NCBI RefSeq assembly: GCF_001194135.2
Contig: NC_068987.1
Location: 71,461,882 to 71,495,929, forward strand
Reading direction: 5' to 3'
DNA length: 34,048 bases
Source of the DNA: Octopus bimaculoides
Lineage: Eukaryota
Made by a program: the position numbers and the translations under genes. How positions within the stretch are numbered: position 1 is the stretch's first letter; each line of letters starts with the position of its first letter. Below the pieces are notes generated by a model that was given only the letters and a program-made list of their open reading frames with translations, made no database searches and was not told the DNA's origin. Positions 10,647-23,150 of the stretch are shown here, piece after piece.

Positions 10647-10813
10647 GGGGTGAGGTAGCAGAATCATTACCGCTCTCAATAAAATTCTTAGCGGCATTTC
10701 GCCCATCTTTAGGTTCAGAGTTCAAATTCCGTCGAGGTTGACTATGTCTTTCATTCTTCCGAAGTAGATAAAATAAGTACCAGTTGAGCCTCGTGCTTAC
10801 AGCAGAAATGACT
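10647..10813 (+). mobile_element. SINE family A, tandem copy 3 (internal 3' deletion)
   Basis: Head, B-box and core to gtaccagttgagc, then jumps to tail-like ctcgtgcttacagcagaaa. Confidence 0.85.
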
Positions 10814-12945
10814 ATTAGAATATCAAAGCGAAAATTTCTCTCAAACGAGTAAGAGGTGGGGATAAGCAAGATGTCGGTTATGATGTTATTTGTTATCTTG
10901 ATATATATATATATAGGTTTGGCCTGGTTGCATGTGCTTAACATATATAAAGATTTACGTACCTCTCACACACACATATACACAGACACACACACACATA
11001 TACGCATACGCTCACAGAGAGAGACACACACATACACACACACATATAAACGTAAAAACTTCAAGCACGATTTTATGCAGTTTGACATTGTAGAGTACTA
11101 CCTTTCAATTTCCAAAAACCTTTCTAATCCAGGCTTTTCAGTGTGGCACTATATAAACCACGATTACTAGCTCCGACATTAATATAATTATGAAGTCCAA
11201 AACATCGATCCTCTTCCACGAAAATTCCTGTTGGTTGCGAAATTGCAGCTGTGAGCAACAAGGAGATTTGATGGGGCTGAGAGTGAAGATTTTGTGTTTT
11301 TATATATTCTTAACATGCTAAACAACAAAATAGAGATTGTTAATATAATATTACACAGAGAAAATATACATGAAGTTGTACATAGCAGAAATAGGAATAA
11401 AATTGATAGTATTACGTAAAAACTCATCAGAATATTCAAACAGCTTAATCTGAAAATTATTATAAACACCAACATTAAGTTCAATATTTAAATATCTCAC
11501 ATGCATCGTTATAGTCACAAACCCCATATAAAAGACACCTTTATAAACAATAACGCGAGTTATCCACCACCACCACCCTCAGTTATTAAGCATATTCTTA
11601 GCAGCATTAGTAATCGCATATTTATATTATCTTCAGGAAAACTATATTTAATGGAATGCCACGCTTTTAAACAATGCATTAGCATGATCTCATTTGGTGG
11701 GGAGAGGAATCCCCTACATTGAACACATTCCCACTAAATGTAGGGAACACAGAGGTTGAAGGATAGTGTCGTTCAATCCACCGTACATTTAGAAATTAAT
11801 GTAGCTATAATCTATTTGTCAACTATTTATACTTATGAGCAGATTGCAGAAGGAATTATAAAACGGCTTCAATGGTTCTCTCGTGTTCCAGGTATTTTCA
11901 TGGTCTCTGATAACTTGTGCCATTCGTTTTATTCTGTCCCGGTGTTGTTGATGAAGAGACGCTTTGAAGCTGTGGAAAAACACTTACTCAGCTCTATCAA
12001 AAATAAGAAAAGAAGTTTGCTCTGTGTTACATCTTGTTTCTCCCACAAAACGTTTGACATGTTCCGGCATTGGGACGTACATTCATAATAGTACCCAATC
12101 ATCGAACAAGAAGACTACCATCTACAGATATTATGGCCAACCATAAGCAAGAAAGTTTGTGTCTTTCTATCCATCAAAGATATTCTATTCAATTCGCATT
12201 TTCATGTTTAATTGAAGTATTTTCAGTTACAGCAGCTAAATTAAGTTGAAAATGTTAAGTAGATTATCAATGAAATTACCTTGTCCATAGTTCAAATGCA
12301 GCAACATTAATAGTACATAGTTTATAAGCGTCTACTCGACAGAATCTCAAGTGAGAAGATTCAGAGGTCAGTGACCTTTGAGAATTCACTGTTTATTGAG
12401 AATCAGTCTGAAACCTGTATTTCCATGTTCTAGTTTTACAGTCACATTGAGTTAGAGCTATTTGCAGAGTTAAGTGTCATTGTGTCCCAAATGTTCATAT
12501 GATGATATCTTGTCAAATGAAAGACGCATTTGGAAGAATCCCAAATACGAGCAATAATTAATTGCATTGAGAAAATAGGATTACTTGTAATTGCAAAGGG
12601 GATCATAAATGACATGAAAGATAGGTTCTTAAAACTAGCAAAGCTAAGAAAGACTGAAACTGGCGATAACAGTAGTCTCAAGAGAAACAGTAATATGGGC
12701 AGTGAGTAGCGAGCTGATTCAAGATAAAGTGCCAAGCAAAATACAATGAAAATTGATATAACTTAGATATAGGAAGGTTTACTGCTATACGACATATATA
12801 TAAATACATATATACATCGGTGTGTAGACGTGTATGTAGGTGTCTCTGTATAGACACTCATATATCTACATATATATTTATGTGTGTGTGTATATATATA
12901 TTTATACATAATATGTAATTAATATATATATACCAGGCTCTCCCA

Positions 12946-12948
<3 letters not shown>

Positions 12949-12999
<51 letters not shown>
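12949..12999. repeat. (CT)n microsatellite running into gap
   Basis: Directly visible. Confidence 0.97.
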
Positions 13000-13825
13000 N
13001 NNNNNNNNNNNNNNNNNNNNNNNNNNNNNNNNNNNNNNNNNNNNNNNNNNNNNNNNNNNNNNNNNNNNNNNNNNNNNNNNNNNNNNNNNNNNNNNNNNNN
13101 NNNNNNNNNNNNNNNNNNNNNNNNNNNNNNNNNNNNNNNNNNNNNNNNNNNNNNNNNNNNNNNNNNNNNNNNNNNNNNNNNNNNNNNNNNNNNNNNNNNN
13201 NNNNNNNNNNNNNNNNNNNNNNNNNNNNNNNNNNNNNNNNNNNNNNNNNNNNNNNNNNNNNNNNNNNNNNNNNNNNNNNNNNNNNNNNNNNNNNNNNNNN
13301 NNNNNNNNNNNNNNNNNNNNNNNNNNNNNNNNNNNNNNNNNNNNNNNNNNNNNNNNNNNNNNNNNNNNNNNNNNNNNNNNNNNNNNNNNNNNNNNNNNNN
13401 NNNNNNNNNNNNNNNNNNNNNNNNNNNNNNNNNNNNNNNNNNNNNNNNNNNNNNNNNNNNNNNNNNNNNNNNNNNNNNNNNNNNNNNNNNNNNNNNNNNN
13501 NNNNNNNNNNNNNNNNNNNNNNNNNNNNNNNNNNNNNNNNNNNNNNNNNNNNNNNNNNNNNNNNNNNNNNNNNNNNNNNNNNNNNNNNNNNNNNNNNNNN
13601 NNNNNNNNNNNNNNNNNNNNNNNNNNNNNNNNNNNNNNNNNNNNNNNNNNNNNNNNNNNNNNNNNNNNNNNNNNNNNNNNNNNNNNNNNNNNNNNNNNNN
13701 NNNNNNNNNNNNNNNNNNNNNNNNNNNNNNNNNNNNNNNNNNNNNNNTATACATCTATATACATACACATATGCAAATACATATATGTATATATATGAGT
13801 CGCCATGATAGATCGCTGACCACGA

Positions 13826-14001
13826 CATTCAAATTTTTTTCTCCCTGTTTTTCTCCTTGTTTTTCTCCTTATTCTTTCTGTTGAAGAGCGTAGCTCGAAA
13901 CGTTAAAGATTTTCTCTATTCCCGAGCGTTAAACTAATACATCGTTTTTTTGTTTACACCACCTGTCCTCGTCTGTTGTTGTTTCTTTCGTAAATTCTCC
14001 C
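13826..14001 (+). mobile_element. Putative Penelope-like element terminus (pseudo-LTR fragment)
   Basis: Contains a hammerhead-like motif (13873-13909). The 3' portion recurs at 26729-26797. Ends ttctccc followed by (AT)n. PLE assignment is an inference. Confidence 0.5.
13873..13909 (+). ncRNA. Minimal type I hammerhead-ribozyme-like motif (variant or degenerate core)
   Basis: TCTTT | CTGTTGAA | GAGC-GTA-GCTC | GAA | ACGT | T | AAAGA gives stem I, a CUGANGA-like core, stem II, GAAA and a palindromic stem III. Confidence 0.45.
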
Positions 14002-14057
14002 ATATATATATGTATGTACGTATATATACACCCCTACACACACATATATATATGTAT

Positions 14058-14086
14058 GTGTGTGTTTGTGTGTGTGTGTGTTTGTG

Positions 14087-14173
<87 letters not shown>
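14058..14173. repeat. (GT)n microsatellite
   Basis: Directly visible. Confidence 0.98.
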
Positions 14174-14176
<3 letters not shown>

Positions 14177-15272
14177 CACGTCCGCAAAACATCGTGTTCA
14201 GGTGATGGCTGACAGAGTCATATGACAAAGATAATTCGTTTTAAATACACACCAGATACGTAAACAAATAATACGGAGTGTCGTAAATAGAAGAAACATT
14301 ATATTTGCCAAATGCCAAATGAATAGTCTCTGTATGATATTAGAAATAAAAGTTTGTTTTAAAGTCAAAATACAGGATGGTGACTTTCATTATAATGTAA
14401 ATATCTTACATATATAAGGAAAGAGCGCTATTGGTGATAACGAATTTTAGGTTCCCACGTTTATCATAAGCAACACAATACTGAACAATAAGTCAGGCAA
14501 TATATATTAAAACAAACACATGTATACATACATGTATACATGTATATGTATATATGTATATGGGACCTTGATGACTGCTATTAAGCAGGAAAGTATACTA
14601 GTCCTTATGTATATTTCAGACTCAATATTTCATATATTCAATAAGACATTCAATACTTCATTTCATTTTACCATTTATATTCTATATTCTATATTCTATA
14701 TCCCACATTAATTTTTTAAGAATATAAATAAGACATNNNNNNNNNNNNNNNNNNNNNNNNNNNNNNNNNNNNNNNNNNNNNNNNNNNNNNNNNNNNNNNN
14801 NNNNNNNNNNNNNNNNNNNNNNNNNNNNNNNNNNNNNNNNNNNNNNNNNNNNNNNNNNNNNNNNNNNNNNNNNNNNNNNNNNNNNNNNNNNNNNNNNNNN
14901 NNNNNNNNNNNNNNNNNNNNNNNNNNNNNNNNNNNNNNNNNNNNNNNNNNNNNNNNNNNNNNNNNNNNNNNNNNNNNNNNNNNNNNNNNNNNNNNNNNNN
15001 NNNNNNNNNNNNNNNNNNNNNNNNNNNNNNNNNNNNNNNNNNNNNNNNNNNNNNNNNNNNNNNNNNNNNNNNNNNNNNNNNNNNNNNNNNNNNNNNNNNN
15101 NNNNNNNNNNNNNNNNNNNNNNNNNNNNNNNNNNNNNNNNNNNNNNNNNNNNNNNNNNNNNNNNNNNNNNNNNNNNNNNNNNNNNNNNNNNNNNNNNNNN
15201 NNNNNNNNNNNNNNNNNNNNNNNNNNNNNNNNNNNNNNNNNNNNAGAATTCTAAAAATCCCTGGAATATAAC

Positions 15273-15273
<1 letters not shown>

Positions 15274-15362
<89 letters not shown>
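15274..15362. repeat. (TAGA)n microsatellite
   Basis: Directly visible. Confidence 0.98.
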
Positions 15363-16125
15363 CAACGCACAGATTTATTTTTGTCGAAGAATTTCGGTTG
15401 ATTGCAGGAATCTCAAACTATTCTTGCTTAAATGTTTAGCATTTACTAATGAAGGGACCATGTTTAGATATGGTATTCATAAATACTAATTTATGTAGAC
15501 AAAATCTAAAGTGTAACATAAGCGTGTTATTGTTTAGAATTTCGCACGCTAAACACAAACGGAATTATAAACACATTAACACTACAACGCCTTTGCTTTG
15601 ATATTTCAATTTGAAAATCCCACATCTTTACCTAAACAGTTAACTGGCAAAAGAATCAAAAAACAATAGTGCAGAACATTAAGGTATGCTAAGAAAAATC
15701 AATGCGTAAAATGAAACTGTCTAAACATAAGCAACAGTTACCATAATAGCCAATAGCGAAATCAAATACAAATCACCATAGAAATACTCTGGAGACTAAC
15801 GAAACCACGATAAATAAAGCCTGCTTAAATGTGTATTGATAGAAAATTCCAATGAGACTTACTAAAATGCTGCTTGTAGTACTACGGCAGTTAGTATAGT
15901 ACTATATCTGAGAAATCTGGTGTGAAATAAATTTAGAGCATATTGTTTTTGTGCGTTTCTTTGGTTTTGGAGGTTTTTTGGTCTTAGTGTTGTTTCTTTT
16001 AATTTGCAATTTGCTTTTTTGTTTTTTTTGTATTTTTTGGTTTTTTGGGTTTTTTTTTTGCCTTTTCGTTTGCTCGTTATAATAAATTATTACTACATCT
16101 ACCTTTCTCTTCCCCTCTATCCCAC

Positions 16126-16146
16126 TCTTTCTCTCTCTCACACACA

Positions 16147-16197
<51 letters not shown>

Positions 16198-16362
16198 TAC
16201 CTCTACCTCTCTCATCTCTTCTCTCTCCTATCCTCTTTCTCCTCTCCTCCACACACGCACGCACCATACTAACCCAAATACACATACGTGTACATGTGTG
16301 TAAATATATTTTCTGCTTGCGTATGATAGATACACACTCATACACACATTTATGTGCATACA

Positions 16363-16427
<65 letters not shown>

Positions 16428-16601
16428 GAACATGTATATGTATGTGCGTGTGCGTGTGTATGCATATATGTATAAATATATATATATAGATAAACACACA
16501 CGTATATATATATGTATGTATGCATATATGTATGTATGCATATATGTATATATATGTGAGTCTGCGTATGTATATATGTATGTATGCATATATGAGCATG
16601 T

Positions 16602-16640
<39 letters not shown>
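16126..16640. repeat. Compound microsatellite zone: (CA), (CT), (TA), (TATG), (GT)
   Basis: Directly visible; runs into gap 16641-17128. Confidence 0.9.
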
Positions 16641-17145
16641 NNNNNNNNNNNNNNNNNNNNNNNNNNNNNNNNNNNNNNNNNNNNNNNNNNNNNNNNNNNN
16701 NNNNNNNNNNNNNNNNNNNNNNNNNNNNNNNNNNNNNNNNNNNNNNNNNNNNNNNNNNNNNNNNNNNNNNNNNNNNNNNNNNNNNNNNNNNNNNNNNNNN
16801 NNNNNNNNNNNNNNNNNNNNNNNNNNNNNNNNNNNNNNNNNNNNNNNNNNNNNNNNNNNNNNNNNNNNNNNNNNNNNNNNNNNNNNNNNNNNNNNNNNNN
16901 NNNNNNNNNNNNNNNNNNNNNNNNNNNNNNNNNNNNNNNNNNNNNNNNNNNNNNNNNNNNNNNNNNNNNNNNNNNNNNNNNNNNNNNNNNNNNNNNNNNN
17001 NNNNNNNNNNNNNNNNNNNNNNNNNNNNNNNNNNNNNNNNNNNNNNNNNNNNNNNNNNNNNNNNNNNNNNNNNNNNNNNNNNNNNNNNNNNNNNNNNNNN
17101 NNNNNNNNNNNNNNNNNNNNNNNNNNNNCCCTCATATATACACAT

Positions 17146-17183
<38 letters not shown>

Positions 17184-17339
17184 TTATATACAGTAGTACC
17201 TCGGTTATATATATATGTATATATATTTGTAATTATGTACTCTCTGTGTACATCCCACTGATGAGGCAGATTAAACTGTTGCCATTTTATATTTTTAGTT
17301 TCTCACATGTAAATTGTTTCTTTTTGATGTTGTCGACTA

Positions 17340-18108
17340 CACAGTATAGCAGGGTCATGTGGGCACCATCTGTGAGAAAAACAGCACCATGACGCAATTC
17401 ATTCTGCCAGAAATTTGGAAACGGCGTGCTGTACCGTTGTGCATTCGCGCCGGAAGCTCCAATACGATCAGAATGTTTGAGTGTCAATCTGAGGACAGTG
17501 CAAACTGGTGACATGTGCCGAAGGTGATAAAAACCAAGCATCCAGTCAACAACATGGTATTTGGAGTGATCACTAGTGATGGCGACGTTTTGCCTCCGTT
17601 CATCTTTCCTACACGGTCTGAGATTCAGCACGGAGGCCAACATCTAGTGCCTGGATGAGGTAGTACTGTCCTGGGTGAAGAGAGTGGCAAACAACAGGAC
17701 TCTGCACCATGCTACGCCAGCAGGAGAACCCAGTCATGACTGTCAGACAATTTCTGCGTCCTCATCACCCCTAACATGTGGCGACCTAACTCACCAGACT
17801 GCAACCTACTTAATTATTATGTGTGGAGCGCAATTGAGCGAGAGACCAACAAAACTCCTTGTAACACCAATGACGAACTGAAGACTAGGATTACGGCACC
17901 ATTCACTGACTTAAACAAGGGGACCGTCCAGAAGATCTGCAGGAGTTATTTGGAGGCCAATAGCAATTTTATTCAATAAATTCACTCTTTAGTATTTGAA
18001 GTATATAAATTTAGTATTTGAAGATATTTTTATGTAATTTGGGTAAAATGAGTTAACAGCATTATTTTCATTTTTCGTAATGACGACAGTTTATATACTG
18101 CACCCTGT
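17340..18108 (+). mobile_element. maT-like (DD37D) Tc1/mariner-superfamily transposon, internally deleted
   Basis: ATG at 17389 (MTQFILPEIWKRRAV...) joins directly to KTKHPVN...FGVITSDGDVLPPFIF. QQDSAP has D at 17698, with 37 codons to the third acidic position (here N) in WRPNSPDCNLLNYYVW. Right end ...ctgcaccctgt. Left boundary uncertain; left TIR not seen. Confidence 0.85.
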
Positions 18109-18211
18109 TTATCTATCTATTTATCTATACACACAAACACACGCACACACACGCTCACAAAAAAAATAACCACGAAGGTAAAATTATTAATTTATAATCA
18201 GGTATATATAT

Positions 18212-18213
<2 letters not shown>

Positions 18214-18257
<44 letters not shown>

Positions 18258-18279
18258 AAAGAGAAGAGAAAGAATAAAG

Positions 18280-18336
<57 letters not shown>

Positions 18337-18342
18337 AATAGA
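18214..18342. repeat. (GA)n plus (TAGA)n microsatellites
   Basis: Directly visible. Confidence 0.95.
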
Positions 18343-18532
18343 TTGTGCACATTTTAAGTTCTATGTGAGTAGGTACCTGTGTATATAACAATATATAGAT
18401 CTGTCAAACCCATACTTGAAGTGATGACTCAATACACAATAATGTAGAGTGTTTATTTTATAGACAACTGACACTACAAGAAACGGATTCATTCCCCATA
18501 CACCATCTTACAAATAATTATAAATACTAGTT

Positions 18533-18639
18533 TATGTATGTATGTTTGTATGCATGTATGCATGTATGTATGCATGTATGTATGCATGTATGTATGTATG
18601 TATGCATGTATGTATGTATATATGTATATATGTATGTGT

Positions 18640-18738
<99 letters not shown>

Positions 18739-18760
18739 CGTGCACGCACGCACGTGTGTG
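18533..18760. repeat. (TATG/CATG)n plus (GT)n microsatellites
   Basis: Directly visible. Confidence 0.95.
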
Positions 18761-18924
18761 ATGGATTCTTTGTTGCGTTTAACGATGAACTCACGATCAA
18801 CTAATATACCATGAAACTTACATGTAGATAGCCGAGTATTCCGAAGCGAGGAATACGCTAAGGGTACTTCTTGGGTGTTAGTAACGTGATAATATGTGAG
18901 CACATTCTATAACAGGTCAAAATC

Positions 18925-19058
18925 CTTCGACGGTTTTCCATAACGTACAGGCTACTAAAGTTCAGCCATAAATTTTGGGTCTAAAAGGTACATGCCTAAG
19001 ATCCTATGCAGTCGGATGGAATCGAAGACCCTGCGTATTAGGAAGCGAATTTCTTAAC
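18925..19058 (-). mobile_element. Degraded SINE family C 5' part
   Basis: tgcctaagatcctatgcagtcggatggaatc...taggaagcgaatttcttaac aligns by eye with 30575-30650. Confidence 0.45.
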
Positions 19059-19094
19059 CTATCTGTTTTGCTGCGTGCATGAATGTGTATAGAC

Positions 19095-19113
19095 AGACAG
19101 ACAAATAGATAGG

Positions 19114-19182
<69 letters not shown>

Positions 19183-19431
19183 CTGTGTGTGTGTATCTAC
19201 ACCAATGTAATTAGATACATGTATAAACACAAAATGACATATACATATACACACACACACACACACACACAAACANNNNNNNNNNATATATATATATATA
19301 CATACATATGTGCATTGGTAGATACATATACGCTGATTGACATGAGTATGCGTACTGTGTATGATGTGTGTACACGTGTGTGTGTGTGTGTTTGTGTGTG
19401 TGTGAGTGTGCGTCTGCGTCTGTGTGTGTGA

Positions 19432-19469
<38 letters not shown>

Positions 19470-19547
19470 CAAAGATAATACAATCGAAATCTTTCTTCCT
19501 CGCTTCCGCCTCTACATATTTGCGATTTTGTCTTCTCATGCAGACAC

Positions 19548-19639
<92 letters not shown>

Positions 19640-19750
19640 ATTCACACAAACATGTATCATATAAATATGTATGGTACATGCATTTATTCTTTTATATATG
19701 TATATGTATATATATATATGTATATATGTGTGTGTGTGTGTGTGTGTATG
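19095..19750. repeat. Compound microsatellite zone: (TAGA), (CA), (GT), (GA), (TA)
   Basis: Directly visible. Confidence 0.9.
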
Positions 19751-20950
19751 TAAGTATGGAAACATGTATAAAATCATCGTACCGTATTTATCTTACGTCG
19801 GTAATTTCACTAACCAGACATATGAACAAATGTAAGTAAATCATAAGAGACTAACGTAAATGTTGATCATTCAAGTTATCAGCATTAATAATACCCTTCC
19901 ACAGTATTAACATATCCACCTAATATACTGAGTTTAAGAATTATTACTACACATCCTTTTCCCACACTGCATCTGATTTTATATTTATTTAATCCGATTC
20001 CTAATAATCTGTTAGAACTTAACATTTTATTGTTGGCCTCGTTTACTTCAGATTAGGCTATATTACAAATCTAGTCACTGCATTTATAGCAGAAAAGAAA
20101 TCGGCAGTAGTAATATTGCATTTAAATATTTAGAATCGAGCATTATGCGCATGTAATTTGCGGCAGAGAATAATTCACGTCCACAACAAATATTACATAA
20201 GAATCTCTTACCTTTCCCCCTACTCTAATGTCGAAAGCAGCCAAAGTGAAATTGTACAGACGACCTTAATATCCGTTGGAAACTTTCTGATAACTTAGTA
20301 ACGGGAAACAAAAGCGAGCAGAATCAATTACGTGTAATGATATATAATTTGGGTAGGTGTTACCGCTTCTCTTGTTTGAATAACTCGTCGCTACGGCTGT
20401 TGTTTGCGGAATAGGTTGAAAGGCACTGTGTTGGAAAGAAATTAAGATATTGCTCTACGAGAATGGTCATCTCATCAAACCTTGATCGTAAACATAACGG
20501 CTGAAAACATCTTGACATACACAGTGAACTGCTTCGGCAACGAACAAAGATTAGTAAATTTGCCTGAACTGTAAACGTTAAAAGGAACCCCAATCAAACC
20601 AGATCGGGTCATACGCTATTATTCAAATTGAATCTTTTCAACAACTTATAGCACTCTGGAGAATCGAATGGAATGCAAGAGAATCGATTTAGCAATTAAG
20701 ATCGATACTAGATCACATTACATTTAATGAGACATTCTTGGAAATCTTTCGTTCGTTCATTCATTTATTTGCAAATTATCGTCTTATCTAGTTAAATGTT
20801 GTATTCCGGTGTTTTTATGGCGTGTTCGTGTCATTGTGTCTGTGTGAATGTGTTATTTCCCCTATAAGTTTGAATGCATATTCACACATACTAACACGCA
20901 CACACAAATACATACAAATATTTATAGACACACACACACAATACACGCAG

Positions 20951-21004
<54 letters not shown>

Positions 21005-22029
21005 CTGTGTATCTATATATATAAAGAGAGAGAGGGAGAGAGGAGGAGAGACAGACAGACGCACACACACACACTCACACACACGCACGCACGCACACAC
21101 ACACAGGTATCGTGTAAGAAGGCATGCTTAGCATGTACGTTTATGCAACTGTGTGTCTGAGTATAAGATTCTATGAGGGCCCGGAAGAAAATTATTTCTG
21201 CTAAGTACATATACTTATATNNNNNNNNNNNNNNNNNNNNNNNNNNNNNNNNNNNNNNNNNNNNNNNNNNNNNNNNNNNNNNNNNNNNNNNNNNNNNNNN
21301 NNNNNNNNNNNNNNNNNNNNNNNNNNNNNNNNNNNNNNNNNNNNNNNNNNNNNNNNNNNNNNNNNNNNNNNNNNNNNNNNNNNNNNNNNNNNNNNNNNNN
21401 NNNNNNNNNNNNNNNNNNNNNNNNNNNNNNNNNNNNNNNNNNNNNNNNNNNNNNNNNNNNNNNNNNNNNNNNNNNNNNNNNNNNNNNNNNNNNNNNNNNN
21501 NNNNNNNNNNNNNNNNNNNNNNNNNNNNNNNNNNNNNNNNNNNNNNNNNNNNNNNNNNNNNNNNNNNNNNNNNNNNNNNNNNNNNNNNNNNNNNNNNNNN
21601 NNNNNNNNNNNNNNNNNNNNNNNNNNNNNNNNNNNNNNNNNNNNNNNNNNNNNNNNNNNNNNNNNNNNNNNNNNNNNNNNNNNNNNNNNNNNNNNNNNNN
21701 NNNNNNNNNNNNNNNNNNNNNNNNNNNNNNNNNNNNNNNNNNNNNNNNNTATATATATATATATATATATTCATTCACACACTTAAAAGGAAGGTGCTAC
21801 TATGCGTGTATGTGCTCTTGCCGTCATAAAAGAAAAAAAAACATTAGATAATGTTGTCCAGTGTACATTAGAGCATGAAGTGGTCACGAATGGAAAGATA
21901 TTAATTATAAGTCTTCTCAGTAACTGCTCACTAGGTCTTGAAAAAACAAGTTTAGATTTTATAACTAACTTCAGGATGTAGGATGCAACGAGAAAACTCA
22001 CCGAATTTTCTTCCGTTTAAAGTAATCTA

Positions 22030-23150
22030 TTATTAAATTAATCTTGAGGAAGAGCCCGTAATTATACGATTCGCTGGCCTTCCTAGAGAGGTGAAGTGCG
22101 ATATGGTTAATGTCCCCTTTAAACAGTTACCTGATGAGCTACCGGAAAAAGGTGAGCAGGGAAGAGGTTCCGGACAGCAGTCATCTGGTGGTTGGAAGAT
22201 TGGTATTAGTGTTTCAATGCAGGTCATGAGATGAGTCATAAGATGTGATGACATAAAGAAAACGAAAAGAGTTGGTTGGCCAGAATAGGCATATTGCTTG
22301 ATCACATCCGTCTGTTTGAATCCCAAAGGCCACTGTAAACTGTGTAGGGTAAAAAAAACCCCAGAAAAGCTAGCACATTTTGGGCCAGATATCGAACAGT
22401 TAGAAAGTGAGTTCATGAGAATTGCTCCGTTAGTCAGTTCTTGAATATAGTCTAAAATGTTTGTGTGTACAGCAACAGAATCACTGTTTTGGGATGGGAT
22501 ACTCAAATATTTTCTGGATTAGGAGAAACAGACCAATTTTGTGATGTATACACTGTTATGTTGAGGACAAGCGTTCCCAAGAGAGATTGCGAGTGCTGAG
22601 ACGACTTTGATGCCTCCAGTTGTGTACTAATATTATATTTAGGAGGACGAAATATAATAAAATTCTCCTGGTGTCTATTGATTATCTTTTTGTGATGTTG
22701 AAGGAAACAAGAGAGGCACCATTCCTATCAAGGCGGATTTCGAGATCTTTATTTATGCAATGTAGACTCAAGGTGCATGTGAATAACGCTTTGATATCAA
22801 ATCTTAAGATGAAATGAAGTGTAATCATCTGAGTGTGAATGGGTACTTCTTTTAGCGGTACTTAAAGGGGAATCCAGTTATGTTCAGATGATGGTAATTA
22901 GGTTGTTGATGTTGAAGATACAAAATGTATGAGACAAAACTGAAATCTGAGGCACACTTGATAATAGTGTGGGTCAGTGAGAACTTGACCGGCACATATC
23001 GTAGTGTTACAGTCTAACGGGAGTTAATGTGAAAAACGGCAGGTAAAACATATAGGCAAGTATCTGGCGAGAAGATTCTAGTACCAAAACACGGTCGAAT
23101 GCATTGCTGATATCAGAGACAATAACATAGTTTCCATAAAATTTCTAGGA
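22030..23150 (-). pseudogene. 5'-truncated non-LTR retrotransposon (CR1/L2/jockey-group-like) reverse transcriptase and C-terminal region, decayed
   Basis: One minus-strand frame carries DISNAFDRV (23114), SVPQISVLSHT (22958; GVPQGSVLSP-like) and HSHSDD (SDD at 22832; YADD-like), with internal stops. Downstream IWPKM resembles IRPKMEY. Confidence 0.85.

Noticed and set aside
10167-10828. Repeat-spacer-repeat layout superficially like a CRISPR array
   Set aside because: The spacers are ~170-220-bp homologous SINEs, the repeats are only 15 bp, the DNA is eukaryotic and there are no cas genes.
11756-12146. 110-aa and 60-aa ORFs in non-repetitive sequence
   Set aside because: No recognisable domain or consistent splice structure; the resemblance to piggyBac RFE is too weak.
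12434-12710. Plus-strand acceptor-like ttttacag followed by a partly open frame
   Set aside because: Multiple stops and no recognisable protein.
17189-17210. tacagtagtacctcggtta, resembling a pogo/Tigger TIR
   Set aside because: No matching opposite end seen in the window.
22033-22506. 157-aa ORF as an independent gene or APE endonuclease
   Set aside because: It lies downstream of the RT motifs in the decayed LINE and is mostly an off-frame reading of that remnant.
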